From contig MU619316.1 in NCBI GenBank assembly GCA_025201805.1, forward strand, positions 1 through 58,681: a stretch of 58,681 bases of DNA, read 5' to 3'. Position numbers and translations under genes: made by a program. Below, piece by piece: positions 24,190 to 36,899 of the stretch (the stretch's first letter is position 1; each line of letters opens with the position of its first letter). The notes beneath the pieces were generated by a model. That model saw only the letters and a list, made by a program, of their open reading frames with translations. It ran no database searches and had not been told where the DNA came from. The DNA is from Parasitella parasitica NRRL 2501. Taxonomy: Eukaryota > Fungi > Mucoromycota.

Positions 24190-24763
24190 TAAAGAAAAAG
24201 ATATCGATTTAAACTGATTTCTAACTTATAACACGATTTGTCAAAACATCATTCTGATATTGTTTATAATGATCGGTTGTATTTGTACGCAAACTAACCA
24301 AGCAATTTTTCTTTTTCTTCCATGTAAAATAGGGCTACGCATTAACTTGGATCATTCATTCTTGAGCTTTCTTGGTTTAGTGTTTTGAGATTAATATTGT
24401 ATTCGATATAATATATTAAGAATTTATGTAAATGTATGCAATGATTTTAATAATTCAGTAAGATGTTTGTACCTTGTTTCAAAATTGCTGTTGGACCAAT
24501 TATTATAAAAAAGTACCTGAAGAATGTTGAATTAAATTTTGTTTTTTTTTAAGGAGAAAACATAATAAAGCTGGTGAAAAAAAAAAAAAAAAGCTTCGCT
24601 GTTTAATGGTAAAGACGATAATGATGAAAAATATATCGTCAGAACAGAGTTCCAAATAAAATCATCATGTATTTTCACTACTATTGTACAGCTGAAAAAT
24701 ATATAAATATGCCCCATTTTACTCATCGTTTACTTTCGCCCTTGATTAAATTCTTATACAACA

Positions 24764-25893
24764 ATGTCTGATTTAACCACAAATCCTTTTACTATATTAA
24801 CTTGCACACTTGCCATTGTAAGCAGATTGTTACTGTCTAGATTACTCTTTGTTAAACTCATTTTTTTTTTTTGCACAGGCTGGCTGGGTTGTTACATTTG
24901 TCGGATTATGCACATCTCACACATTTACACACTCAGTTTCTTGGTGGATTATCATATATGAATTTTTCGTAATTACACTATCTTGCTCTGTTTTCTGGAC
25001 AAATTCAACAAAGATATACTATCCTGTGGTAAAAAGTCAACCGGTTAATTCAGAGTCATAAATACTGATGCCTAAAATATAGATTCTCTGTTTAATAGCT
25101 ATCAGTATTCCCTACACAACCGACGAGGTCATCTTATATATAACGGCAGGCAGAGCATCCTTATCTGCTACTGCTTCAGGCTATGTCATAATGATAATCA
25201 CTCAGGTAAGTGAAAAGTGTTCAATCCTGGGGATTGTTTATTAACTGCAAGATTACTCGTAGTTCTCCTGGATATTTTTACTCGGTGTCCAGCATGAAGT
25301 ATCTGTACTTCGTTCATTCAACGATTTAAACCATAGTCGAGTATATACAAATAGCATTCATCAATACCAAAAGGAACGCTACTCTAATGGCAATATTGTA
25401 TTTGGTAATAGTACCATGCTTGATATAAATGACCCAACCTACTCTACAGCTATTCCAACACAGGGATCTTCCGCTGCATTCCCCAACAACCAGTTGATCT
25501 CTGTTCCACTTTATACGAATTCGTCACCTAGTCCACCACAAGATCAATCGAATACTATATTTTTGTCACCCCATGCAGAGTATTTAATTCCTGTTACAGC
25601 CATTCATAATTGCAAGTAACATACGCTATCAGATCTAAAGCACTTTCTCATCAGCTTCTAATCTAGTAGATCGAGCAAATAGAGAAGACCCTAATGAGTT
25701 ATCATTTATAAAAGGTGAACTACTATACGTGCATGAAAAGAAGGGTACCTGGTGGCAAGCAAAAAAATCAGATGGCACTATAGGCATGATCCCCAGTAAC
25801 TATGTAAATTGACCATTAACTTGAGAAACATTGCAATAGTAGCTAACAATATTTCCATATTCCAAGGTTACCGATCAAAAGTCTACCGTTTAA
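24764..25893 (+). CDS. SHO1: Sho1-like osmosensor (N-terminal TM segments + C-terminal SH3); multi-exon
   Basis: Hydrophobic exons (AGWVVTFVGLC, WWIIIYEFFVI). SH3 AIHNY|RANREDPNELSFIKGE..WWQAKKSDGTIGMIPSNY after a GC-AG intron at 25612-25669. Confidence 0.8.
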
Positions 25894-26813
25894 GAAAATA
25901 GGCCTCGACTAACATGCTTGTCACTGATGAGGTTAAGGGTTCGACTCCCGGAAAGCGCAAGTGATAAAGTTATCCAATAATCTGTATTATTACTATCGTA
26001 TTTATACATTATTTCCCTGCTCCTATTTGCTTTAGCCAATTCTTTTGGTTTGTATCTCATAACTACCAGCAACACAAATTGTAGGCATCATTTTGAAATC
26101 GTCAGAACTAAAACTATCAAATCTGCGCTTCATTTCGATGAATAAAAATGTTAGCATCAAACCTATACCATATCAATCTTTTGCCTTATGACTCTCGTTA
26201 TGCATAATGAACTTTTTGACACCCATTAACCAATAATATGAAGTGCCGTGCTGTAGGTTCCATAGGCATTCAAAGTTATTTCTATTCCAATGAATCTCTC
26301 ACATGAGAAACATAGTATTAGAAGCAATATCAAGAACAGTACTTTTAAAAGAATGTCGTCCAGAGATATGAAGCTAAAGAAGGCGGTGTTCAAGTACAAT
26401 TTTTTCAAAGTAGGTAAACATTGTTTTCGTTCAGTGCTGCCAGTCTCAATTGACATTGCCTACAACTTTTTTCTATTTGGTTTTTTGCTTGCTCCTGAAT
26501 AAAAGTGTTCTTTCTGAATGTGTGCAGTTGCCTAATGTTAGTGTAAAGACCTGTAGCAGGTATTTTTTTTCTTTTTATTTCTTAACAAAATACTTCAGTA
26601 AGCACTAAAGCTATCTTTTCGTTTGCTCAACTAAGCGACATCACCATCGCCAAAAAACAGTGCTTCCATTTTAACCAAATAATTATGGTCTTACAGGCAA
26701 TGAAAAAGCCACCACAAATGAAGAAAGACCTTCAATATATTCACATAATATTACAAAACAGCAAACAAAATAGTAATGATACACCAACAAAACGACAATG
26801 TATTTTGTTTTTG

Positions 26814-28769
26814 TTATTGACCTAGATAAGTCCAAAAGCCACGAGCTGACCCATGGAGTGTTTCGTGAAGAGCAACAACATTGCGGATCATTTCACGAAA
26901 ACTCCAAACTCCAATTTGCTTTAATCTTCTGTTTCTTTCTTGTTGATCTGACACTAAGTTGACAAAGCCAGTAGTGATGCACTCGTTTAGCCTATCACCA
27001 AGTGTTGAATCATGGATCGTCCATGCTCCATTAAATGTCGCGAGATCCATGACAATGCGCCCTTTTATGGGTAGAATTGTCCGATTGTGGTTGATGTATG
27101 CAATGAGTGGCCGGACCATAGCACTGCTGAGATAACTAAACTCGGGAATCTTAAGCGGGACAACCCCTTTGATATTCTTGAAGCGAACATCTATATCCAT
27201 AATAAACTTTTTATCTTGCTCTTGCTCTTCTTGCTTGGAATTTTGACACGCAGATTCTCCCAGGGTTATTGTCTGACCAGTGCCTGTTCCGATTATGATA
27301 GATTGAGGTAAACTTTCTTTGAAAACTTGGAGAATAGCCTGGGCTACACTGGGCGGCTTTGCTCTGCTTTTTTCATCGGGTATGTATATGTCTGCACAGA
27401 AATCCATTGTGCCCGAGGTAATCCATTGAGGCGGCCCTTGCCCCAATCGGTGGACATGGTCCATACTTACGCCTTCGATTCGCAACCTCGATTTTCTTTG
27501 ATAGCCATGGTCTTTCATACGGCCGTCCACCATGACTCCAAATTGTCGATTCTCTCCTCCAACAAACACACCTTGGGGATTTGACTTGCTGAAGGGATAA
27601 TAATTGGCCAGGTTAGGGCTGCTTCCTTTAGCTTCTAAATCAGAGTACTCCAAGACACTCTTTTCCAGTTGGGGTGTATGTACACTGAACAAGCTGGTGT
27701 CAAAAGAGCCGATAATTTTGTCTGCGCACAACGTATCGTAAAACAACCTACTCGATAGTCAGCCATGTTTTCTTGTACGCCTGAAAAATATCTGATTACC
27801 ATTGTCTTCTCAGTCTACTAAACTGTGCTTGAATAATGGAGAACGGAAAGGGCCTGAAGCCTTTTGGCATATACACTATCACTGACATGTCTTCCAGCAC
27901 TAGTCGGTCTATTTCAAAATCACCCGGGATATGGCTTCTCCTCACTGATTCAGCATCCCACGCATCCGTTTTATTCCAGCCGGCGTGTCTGTTGTCAATG
28001 ATGCCACGAACACCCACAATGTCTGCGCTCTTGACTATCCCTTTTCCCTCCATCAGCCGTATCAGACTCAATTCCACCTCGACAGAGTCTACTGTTAAAT
28101 CAAACCACGGCGCCCGCTTCAGTCTTTTCTGCGCCTTGGGAGTCAGTTCGTCTTGATTTAAATCTATGCCATTCAAGAGATCACCCTGCACAGTCGCAGG
28201 TTCTTTTTCCTGCAATCCTTGCTGAAATTTGAGCTGTTCTGACCGTGGCATGCAGACGACATGTACATTGTTCAATCTAATCTTGCCATCTTTCCAATTA
28301 GGTGTAGCTGATTCAAAGGCTACTACGGCTTCGGATGTAAGAGTTAAATACTGGCCCATCTTGTTCGCTACCCATTCTAAGGATTCGTCGCTTCTGTCAA
28401 TTTTTTCATGCTGTAATTTACATTCGTTCTACAGTTACCTTGAAATTGCAGTGAATTCGCAGCCCACAGCCCGAAGCTCAAAAAGCTAGTCGTCCCAGCA
28501 ACGAGCCATACGGTGTGTCCAAGGAATACCCACGAAAACAGCGCAGTAATGTCATTCAATGTAAAAGGCCTCATTTGCCTCATTAAAGGGTATTTTACTC
28601 TAATTTTGAGTCGTTGTATAAATCCGCGGGCGTGAATCAGCAATTCATACTTGTTTGGTGGTTTTGGTAAATGTGGCATATGAATTGGGCGAATCATCGA
28701 TCGGCCGTAGTGCAACTGCATAGCCTTATGAATTGTGCGAGTATTCCTTTTGATTGAGCGTGCAAGCAT
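26814..28769 (-). CDS. MDM31: Mitochondrial distribution and morphology protein Mdm31/32 family; 3 exons
   Basis: RLKIRVKYPLMRQMRPFTLNDITALFSW, PNWKDGKI, GKGIVKSADIVGVRGIID, FDTSLFSVH and terminal RRLKQIGVWS. Confidence 0.9.
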
Positions 28770-28841
28770 TAAGAAAATGTTGTGTCTCGAAACGAGATTG
28801 CTTTATTTGTAAGAAATGAGATTCAATACGACATTCACTGC

Positions 28842-29941
28842 TCAAAAATCCTTCAGAATGACATCTGCTACGTGATTCAGTTGGCCGTCTTCCTCTTGAA
28901 TGGCATTCCGTATTTTCTCGTCAGTTTCCTGTTTTAATAGCTGGTCCACTATTTCATTAGACGGCGGCAATCTTTCATTCTCAAGATCTGCCCGTTTGGC
29001 TTCCTCAAATGACGTAATGGCTACAGTGTTTTGCCTTGGTGATCAGTCTTTCGGCAAATTGCAAGCAAACACAAACATACCTGTCTTGATGCCCTCTGCT
29101 CCTAGTGCCAATGTGCCCAGAGGCAGCTTTCCGCTCGATGTTAGTGATTTCAACTCAGTTATACGTTCAGAGTTTTCTCGTAATACAGAATAAACCCTGG
29201 ATATTTTGCCAATGGCCAGTATCTTGTTGCGAATAACTGTTCTGCGTTGCTCTGCATCCTCCTGTTGCTGCTGATCGTTCTCATCTTGGCGATTTTCATC
29301 GTCTTCAGCCAGTAGCTCTTCTTTTGTACAAATGCTCAAAATAGCAAGCAACATGTTGGTTACTATGTTGTTTTGTTAGCTTTTTGTGATTTCCTAGACG
29401 GATAGTGCATATACTTTTTTCTCCAACAAACGGCAGACTCCATTCGACAACATTCATAAACTGAGGAAGCCAATACGGGTGAGGCGTGGCATTAAACTGC
29501 CTGATATTCATTACGTTGTCTTCGTACTTGAGAATTGCCGCTTTATTGTTATACATGTCCAGGTAGTTTGGCGCTGAAAATATGGTCATGACTGCAGGAA
29601 ATGATGTTGTGTTATTTCTTCTGTACATGCGATATCCGGCATCTTGGGCTTCGTGAGCTCGAATGATAGATAAAAGATTGTTTCTTGCCAGAAATGCACA
29701 GGCAGCAGAATATCTACAACCAAATTTCAGTCACTACTAAACCGAATACTTGACCTATCTCGATGCATACATACGTATAAAAGTAAGAGCATCCTCGAAC
29801 GCGGTTATCTACAAATAGCTCTGATGTTTTTTCCTCACCAAATTCCTCGATTGGATCAGCCCAGAGTAAATCACACATCAGTCCATGTGTGGGAGGTTCC
29901 CGAAATCTATCAATCTACGCGAATTCAGTACAAGCTGCTCA

Positions 29942-29987
<46 letters not shown>

Positions 29988-30967
29988 GACTCGACATTTT
30001 TGGTACCTTTTCAAAATCTGCCAATGTGACAAGATCGGGAGAAAGTCCTCCATGAATGCACAAAAATTGCTTGTTCATCAGTGCGCCCAACGGCAATGCA
30101 TTGAATGTATCCATGCATGCCTCGTACACCTTTTCAGAATACTTGTGGCGGCCTATTAATAATTGTAAATATATCAAGTGGCAATGGCGGTCGCGGTCGC
30201 TACCCATTGCTTACACTCGGTTTTGAACGTAAAATGGCTTGTTAGATGTCTGCATTCATGATTGCCTCGTAGTAAGAAGAATGTTTTCGGATACCACATT
30301 TTCAGGCTCCAGAGATACAGCACACACTGGCTAATCGTCAGTTCCCCGCAACAATATGTAACTTGCGCTTACCTCTATAGAAAAGTAGCCTCTGTCGACA
30401 TAGTCGCCCAAAAACAGATAGGTCGTGTTGGAAGGATCGCCACCTACTTCAAACAGTTTCATCAAGTCATAGTATTGTCCATGGATATCGCCACAAACTA
30501 CACAATAATTTCAATACAACAAGCCCCCAAAATAAAGCCCCCCCCCAAGACATGCTTGTACTCTTGTATTACCTGTAATGGGCGCAGGAATCTCTAGCAG
30601 ATTGCTCTCTTTTTCCAATAGTTCCCTGCCTTTCTCAAGAATGAATAATGCCTGGCTTTCAGAGACTCTACCCTCGCGATAAAAATGGTCTTTTAGAAAG
30701 CGGATGTCTGGCAAACCAGCTCTGTCTTTGCTCCAAAACTGCTCTTCTGTAGGCAAATGAACTGCTGGAGCCGGAACCTCTTGAAATTGACGTGTTAGCC
30801 AAGAACTTGCAACTGATTCAGCTGGTGTGTGCGCAAATACCTTTGATCACTCTCTCCTTGGTGCTAACAACATTGCCATCGTCCATCGTGAATAAGCTAA
30901 AGTCGATTTTAGGCACAGGTCTCTTGCCCGACTGTTCATTATCTGATGATTTACTAGTTGCGAGCAT
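28842..30967 (-). CDS. cnaA: Calcineurin catalytic subunit A (PP2B); about 9 exons
   Basis: [37 protein letters not shown], CnB-binding helix WSLPFVGEK, CaM-binding [10 protein letters not shown] and autoinhibitory [17 protein letters not shown]. Which paralogue (A/B/C) cannot be determined here. Confidence 0.96.
29940..29987. repeat. Compound (CA)n(CG)n microsatellite in a calcineurin intron
   Basis: 48 nt of unbroken alternating purine/pyrimidine. Confidence 0.95.
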
Positions 30968-31149
30968 CAGATTGAAAAAGTGTTTGTTAGAGAGAGGGAG
31001 AGTAAAAAAAAAAAGAAAAAAAAAGGAGGGGAGGGCAAGTGAGCGTTGCAGCCACACTTTATATGCACATGCAAACAGCTCTTTGTAAGACTGTTGTGAA
31101 CGGTACCAGCGCCTAATTAGATCCTCCATAAACAGATTCACATGAACCG

Positions 31150-31180
<31 letters not shown>

Positions 31181-31362
31181 AGGGTTTATTGTTACATAAA
31201 GTTTGGTATTCAATTGATCATAAGAGAGAGAGAGAGAGACAGAAAAGTGCAAAATGAAAAAGGTGCTTATATATTATGCAGTGCGATGTGTAGAAATGAA
31301 TTGTATGAGAGCTGCAGGACTGGATGAAAATTGAAGGAGGGGTGTGCAAGAGGAAATACAAA

Positions 31363-34300
31363 TCAAGAAAGCAAAAAGCTGTTTTGTCCTTCTTTCATAG
31401 ATGTCGATAATCTTTCAAACATAATTTCTCGTGTTGTATAGGCGGGCATTTTAAAATAGTTGACACAAGTCATGACAGACGGCAAATAGTCATCAGATGT
31501 CAAGGGCGCTTCGGGGGCCTTGCATACAACAGTAAATACAGGTCGAATGGCTTTCCAGCCACCGATGGGTAGTCTTGGTGAGCCTGTGGCGAATTGTAGG
31601 AACTGTCTCTTTTCGGCAGCAGTAAAATTTGAAAGAATGTCCAAAAAGAGTCTGACAGGCTTGCTTTCCAAAGTATACCCATGATCGACTCTGATGGCGT
31701 TGGATAATGTAGCATAGCTCCAGTCTTCCGACGCCATGCCAAACAGGGAAACCAATTCATAGTGCGTCAACAATTTCAGATCATCAATAGCAAACAATCC
31801 ATTGAATCCTTCTCTGAACGCCTCGATTTGCTGTGAGATGCCAGAGCCAGCAATTGAATCCTGAACTAAATCAATATACTCTTCCACATTATTGATGGTT
31901 ACAGGAATATCATATCCGCCAGCCTACACAATAAAAGACCATGTCAATGGCTACCCGACTTTATTTGCCCTACTGTCAAAAATTTACCTTTAATTCATAA
32001 TTGCCATCTCCAGGAAGGGTAAAATCAAGACAAAGATCTTCCAATCTAGCACCTTCCACTTGGATATCCTTGATTTCAGCTGATTTCTGCTCCCATGTCT
32101 ATGTAAAATTATTAATAACAACGGTCAAAAAGTGAACAGAGCAAGTCAGAATACCTTTGAACTGTCTCCATAAATTTCATTCTTTTGATTTATATACGAA
32201 TTCAACATGCGCATTGATTTGGCTAATTGAGGGTCGATTTCCTAAAGCAAACGGTCAATATTTGAACAATTCAGCAACCATCCAATCGCTTACCATTAAA
32301 AGCTCTGGGCTAGGTTTGACATGGCCCAAAGCGACTTTGAAAAACGCAGGGTTGAATGGGATATCAATGATGCGGAAATCCAACAATCCCTTTGCAAGGA
32401 ATTGACCCAGAGTCTTGAATAAATGATTGACCTTCTTGGCAGATCTTGAGCCGGGTCTGGTGCAAGTTTTAGGAAATAGACCAGAGGGAGCGTCTACATA
32501 GCCCTTTTCAGTCTTGTGAGATCCACGCCACATATTTAAAGAGTGTCTGCTAAACTCTTTGGATGTAGCAGCATAGAACTCCAAGGTAGGGCCAATACCA
32601 GTGCCCTCTTCTCCCATATATTCAATTTCAAGCACGGTGGGTGAGCTTCCAAACATATCGAGAATCTTGACAGCGGATTCAAGCATCTGGTTGCGCATGA
32701 TTCGGACCTTTTGTCTCTCCATACGTCCCAAGACAGGCTGCTGCTCGGAGTTTTCATGGCGCGGCCCGTTTTGAGCATTGCTGCGCATTTGTAGACTTTG
32801 CCAGCGTGCAATCAAACGAGCATAGCCAAACGAAGTGCTTTGTATAAATAAATACCGCGTTTCAAATGGAAACAAGAAGGGGGTTTCGCTCATAAGCCAG
32901 TAGACCCAGCTTGGTAGACAAGAACTAGCAACTATCAAAGGCTCCTCCAGTTGGCGGTTTGTCTTGGCGGTCAACTTGCGATTCACAAAGTCTTGGGGGG
33001 TAATGCCGTTCGTACGCTTGAGGATGGCAGGCGATAGAGTTCTGAGCAGCAAAAGCACCTGGTAGACTGTCGAGTCTTTTTTCAATTCAGGTGGTTGGGT
33101 GACATCCGACAACTGCGTGATTACAGCAGTCTTTTTAGATTCCTGGTCGCTTGCTTCAGCAGCAGGTATCCAAACACGTTCAAACGAGATGGGGTGAGAA
33201 GAAGACCAGATGTTGCGGCCTATTTGAGATGGAACATTGCTATTTTCATTTTGATGCACTGCAGCATAGACGGTCGAATCGTTTGAGATGGGTTTGCCCT
33301 TGAGCGAGAAACGGATCTTCCACTCGCCATCCTTCTTTTCTTTCTTGGTTTGCAAAGAGCTGCTGGCACCAGCATCGCTAGCAGCGACAGCGGTCGATGA
33401 TGAACCTTCTTCAGCTTGCTTCTCGCCTTCTTTGTCATCGTCATCTTCTTCTTCGATATCTTCTTTCTTGACAACGACCGTTTCGCTCATAACTGTATCG
33501 CCGTTCTCCATCCCATCGTCGTCGTCATCATCGTTATCGACGTCGTCGTCATCATCGACATCCATGCCATCTCTGTCGATGATCAAACGGTCGTGGTCTT
33601 CCTCGTCTTCAGCCTCATTATCAATGTCATTCTCGTCATCGTCATCGTCATCGTCATCGTTATCGTCATCGTCATCTTCCATGTCACACATGATGGATGT
33701 AGCAGTGATGCGAGAAAGTAAATAATCTTCCAGTACTTTGAATGTGGCAACAGCGTGCGTCGACACCATCAATTGTTTGAAGCTGTTGGGGATATTGTCA
33801 CCTGTGCCGGTCAAGATCAATCGCAACTGTTTTGCCAGCATACTTGTAGGGTTCCGTAAACTGTCATTAGAGGAAGATTCCAATGGTGTAACGACTTCAA
33901 ACGCTTCAGATCGACTCAAGATCTCTTGCAGGCGAACAACCAATTTCTTCAAAGCGTTGCTACCCTCTGTATCAATGTCTGGTTGTTGCACAAAGACACG
34001 CTCAAACGTGTGGAGGCGATCGGGTAAAGGAGCTTTCAGTTCTTCACTAGTTAAATAAGTCAGAAGGGCCTTCATTAGACCTGAATTCATCAGTTCAAAA
34101 CTGCTAATACCCATAGCAGAATCACGTAAATAAGCAGAGAGTCGGACGAGTGATTTTTCGGCAGTTGGGTCATCAGCGTTGGGCTCCAAGATATTCTTTG
34201 CAAACTGCAAGATCTCGTTCAAACTACTGCCTCGTTTGTCTTGCTCCTGATTAAAGTAATTGTTGACGAAATATTGAGCAAACTGAATAATGTATTTACG

Positions 34301-36899
34301 AGTAGATCCACGACCAACACCCTTTTCATTTTCTAAGAGATGATGTCTATGGCGTTGTTGTTGTTGTTGTTGCTGCTGCTGCTGGTGTTGTAGAAATTGA
34401 TGATTGCGCATCATAGCCTGTAAGCCGTTGCTATCAAACAATCGTTTCTGCGACGAGGAAGGTGACTTCGTGAAAGACGAGCTTGCTGCTTTACCATTAA
34501 AGTCACTATCGTCCTTGTCTTCATCCTCGTCATCGTCGTCCTCTTTAATATTATTGTTGTTTTGCTTATCTGCATCTGTTGTTGTACCATCGCTTTCATC
34601 AACAGTGGTATTATTGGTATGTTCGCTGGGTAGCGTCGCCTGCTGATCTGACTTTTGTTGTGCAGTGGAGGAGATTGCTGCATTTGTTGTGGAGGTAGCT
34701 GCTGCACTGCCTTCTTCCTGTTCAGTGAAGGGCAGTTTTGAAATGGATTCAATTTCGTGCAACACGCCTTCTCTTTCAAACAAAAAGGGGTAGACCTTTG
34801 GTAGCTTCTTGGTCAATAGTTCTGTTTGGTAAAGCGCATTGATTAACAGCACAGGATGCTCTTGCCGCGTTAAGATACCAGACAAGAAGCTTGACAAGGA
34901 GACTTCTTTCAGTACCTTGTGCAAGGTATCAGCATTGGAGAATTCAAGGAGCTTGACACAAATATGCGTAACCAATTGTCGAACCCTCAAATTGACAGTA
35001 GATGCATAGACATCGAGAACGAGTGGAAACAAAATGCTATCCAACCTGAGCACAACATCAGGATTTTCATTAAACCAAGTGGCTCTAGGGTCAATCGTGG
35101 TTTCTACGGCTGACGAGGAGGATGAGCGAGTACGATTCGCAATAGATTTGAATCTTCTGGAACTAAACATATCATCCTTTGGTAAGGGAGGTAGCAAATC
35201 GACGATAATTTTCATAATGGTTGGTATAGAATCACGCCATTTCGAGTCTATTGTGATAGGCTGCTGATAAAGTGCAGGTGTTGGAGCACCAGTCAGGATC
35301 TGATAAAGGCCATCAATCATGTTTAATTTCAACAGTTCAAATCCAAGTTGGGGTGATGCCTTGGTGATGGATCGAAAAATGCGCAGCAGGTCTTGACATG
35401 TTGCTGGGTGAACTGTGTTTGAGTTGCCAGGAACCGGTAATAATCCATACAGAGCCTTTAAAAAATCGACTGTCACTGCTCGCTCCATACATTCTCTGTT
35501 GCTGCGGTAGCTCTCGGTTATTCTGACCCAGCAAAGACAGGTCAGTTCAATGACTGATCTCTCTGAATAGTTCATGGTGTTTATCAGCGTCGGCACCACT
35601 TCCAGTACCTGAGGAAACGAATCCAAATCAATACCACGCATGCAGTTGGATGCAGTGCGCAAAGCTGTGCGTTGAGCGTGGATACTGAAAAAGTCAAAAT
35701 ACATCAATGCTGCGGAAAGACCGCCGCCATGAACCACTGCGCGCGGGAGCTGTGCTGCGATTTTTTCGAGAGCGTACAGGGCTTGCTCTGCTAAATCAAT
35801 GTATTGGATAGACTTTAGCTTTTGACAGAGCACACGGATAGTGCCATGGGAAACAACGCTTGTCACAGCAGTTGGCATTGCCTCCAGCAGGTTAGTTATA
35901 CAACGGCACGCAAGCAACATTACTTCGGGATTACCGCCAGATAAGCCTTCGCTCATTGCTAAAGCAAGCATCACATCCTCATCCATGTCATCGCTACCGG
36001 CGCCAACCTGAGATAACATGTCGTCCGGCCCCTTCATGATTCTAACCAGTTCTCTAGCAAAGCTATCACTTGAGAAATAGCTGGCTAAATTATCTTCGCT
36101 GCTGACTGAAAGGATTTCTGCCAATTCCTGAAGTGCGATTAATTGCATTGTGGGATCGTCGTTATTCTTGAGGTTAGCCAAGATAGACTTGAATCTGCCA
36201 TAATCTGACGACATCATTCCACCGAATAGTCCTTGCATTTGGAGTCCAAGTGTCCTTCCCGCACGAGAGAGTTCATTGTCGTCGTGTTGGTCATCATCCT
36301 CATCGTCGTCCTCATCGTCATCGTCATCATCATCGTCATCGTCATCATCATCGTCGTCATCCTCTTCATCTTTGTCTTGTTTGTCTTTTTGGCCATGATC
36401 TCCAACAGCATCATCATGAGCGTCATGGTCAAAATGCACTGGGTCAACTTTGTCGTCGTCGTCATCCTCCTCCTGGACTTCATCATCATAATTATCATTG
36501 TTATAATCGTCCAAAGGATCATCTTGCTTCATGTCCAAGTTTTTGCTGTTGAAGTGATGAGTTTCTCACCGTGTTACATTTTTTTTTTTTCTTAAGCTCC
36601 TTACTTTGTTTCCTCAGCCTTTCCTTTGCCTTTACTGTTGGTAGCAGATTTGTTCATCTTGGATTTCTTTTCAATTGGATTCTGTTGTACTTGTTCAGGT
36701 TTTCGCTTTTGAGATCTGCTCTTTTTTTTTTTTGTTAGCACCAAGTCTGTTAAATGTATAGATTGCACACGTACCTTGTAATTACCGGCGACTCTTTCTT
36801 GCTTCTTAAACTATAACGTTGAGTGGTGATATCTGGATGCTGAGTCTTGTAAGAGTCTTTTCTTGTCGTACGCTTTGAAGATTTAGACTTTTGCTTCAT
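31363..36899 (-). CDS. UFD4: HECT E3 ubiquitin ligase of the Ufd4/TRIP12 type; 6 exons
   Basis: ARM region (CQKLKSIQYIDLAEQAL), NRKLTAKTNRQLEEPL, PFLFPFETR, GEEGTGIGPTLEFY, catalytic LPSVMTCVNY and terminal FLLS. Two short 5' exons from the ATG at 36899. Long poly-D/E tracts and poly-Q. Confidence 0.95.

Noticed and set aside
25900-25960. tRNA gene
   Set aside because: Only the T-loop/B-box is present; no cloverleaf or acceptor stem could be built. Kept only as a low-interest finding.
33220-36595. Ser-, Ile/Val-, His- and Met/Thr-rich ORFs overlapping UFD4
   Set aside because: Alternative-frame readings of the GAT/GAC acidic repeats.
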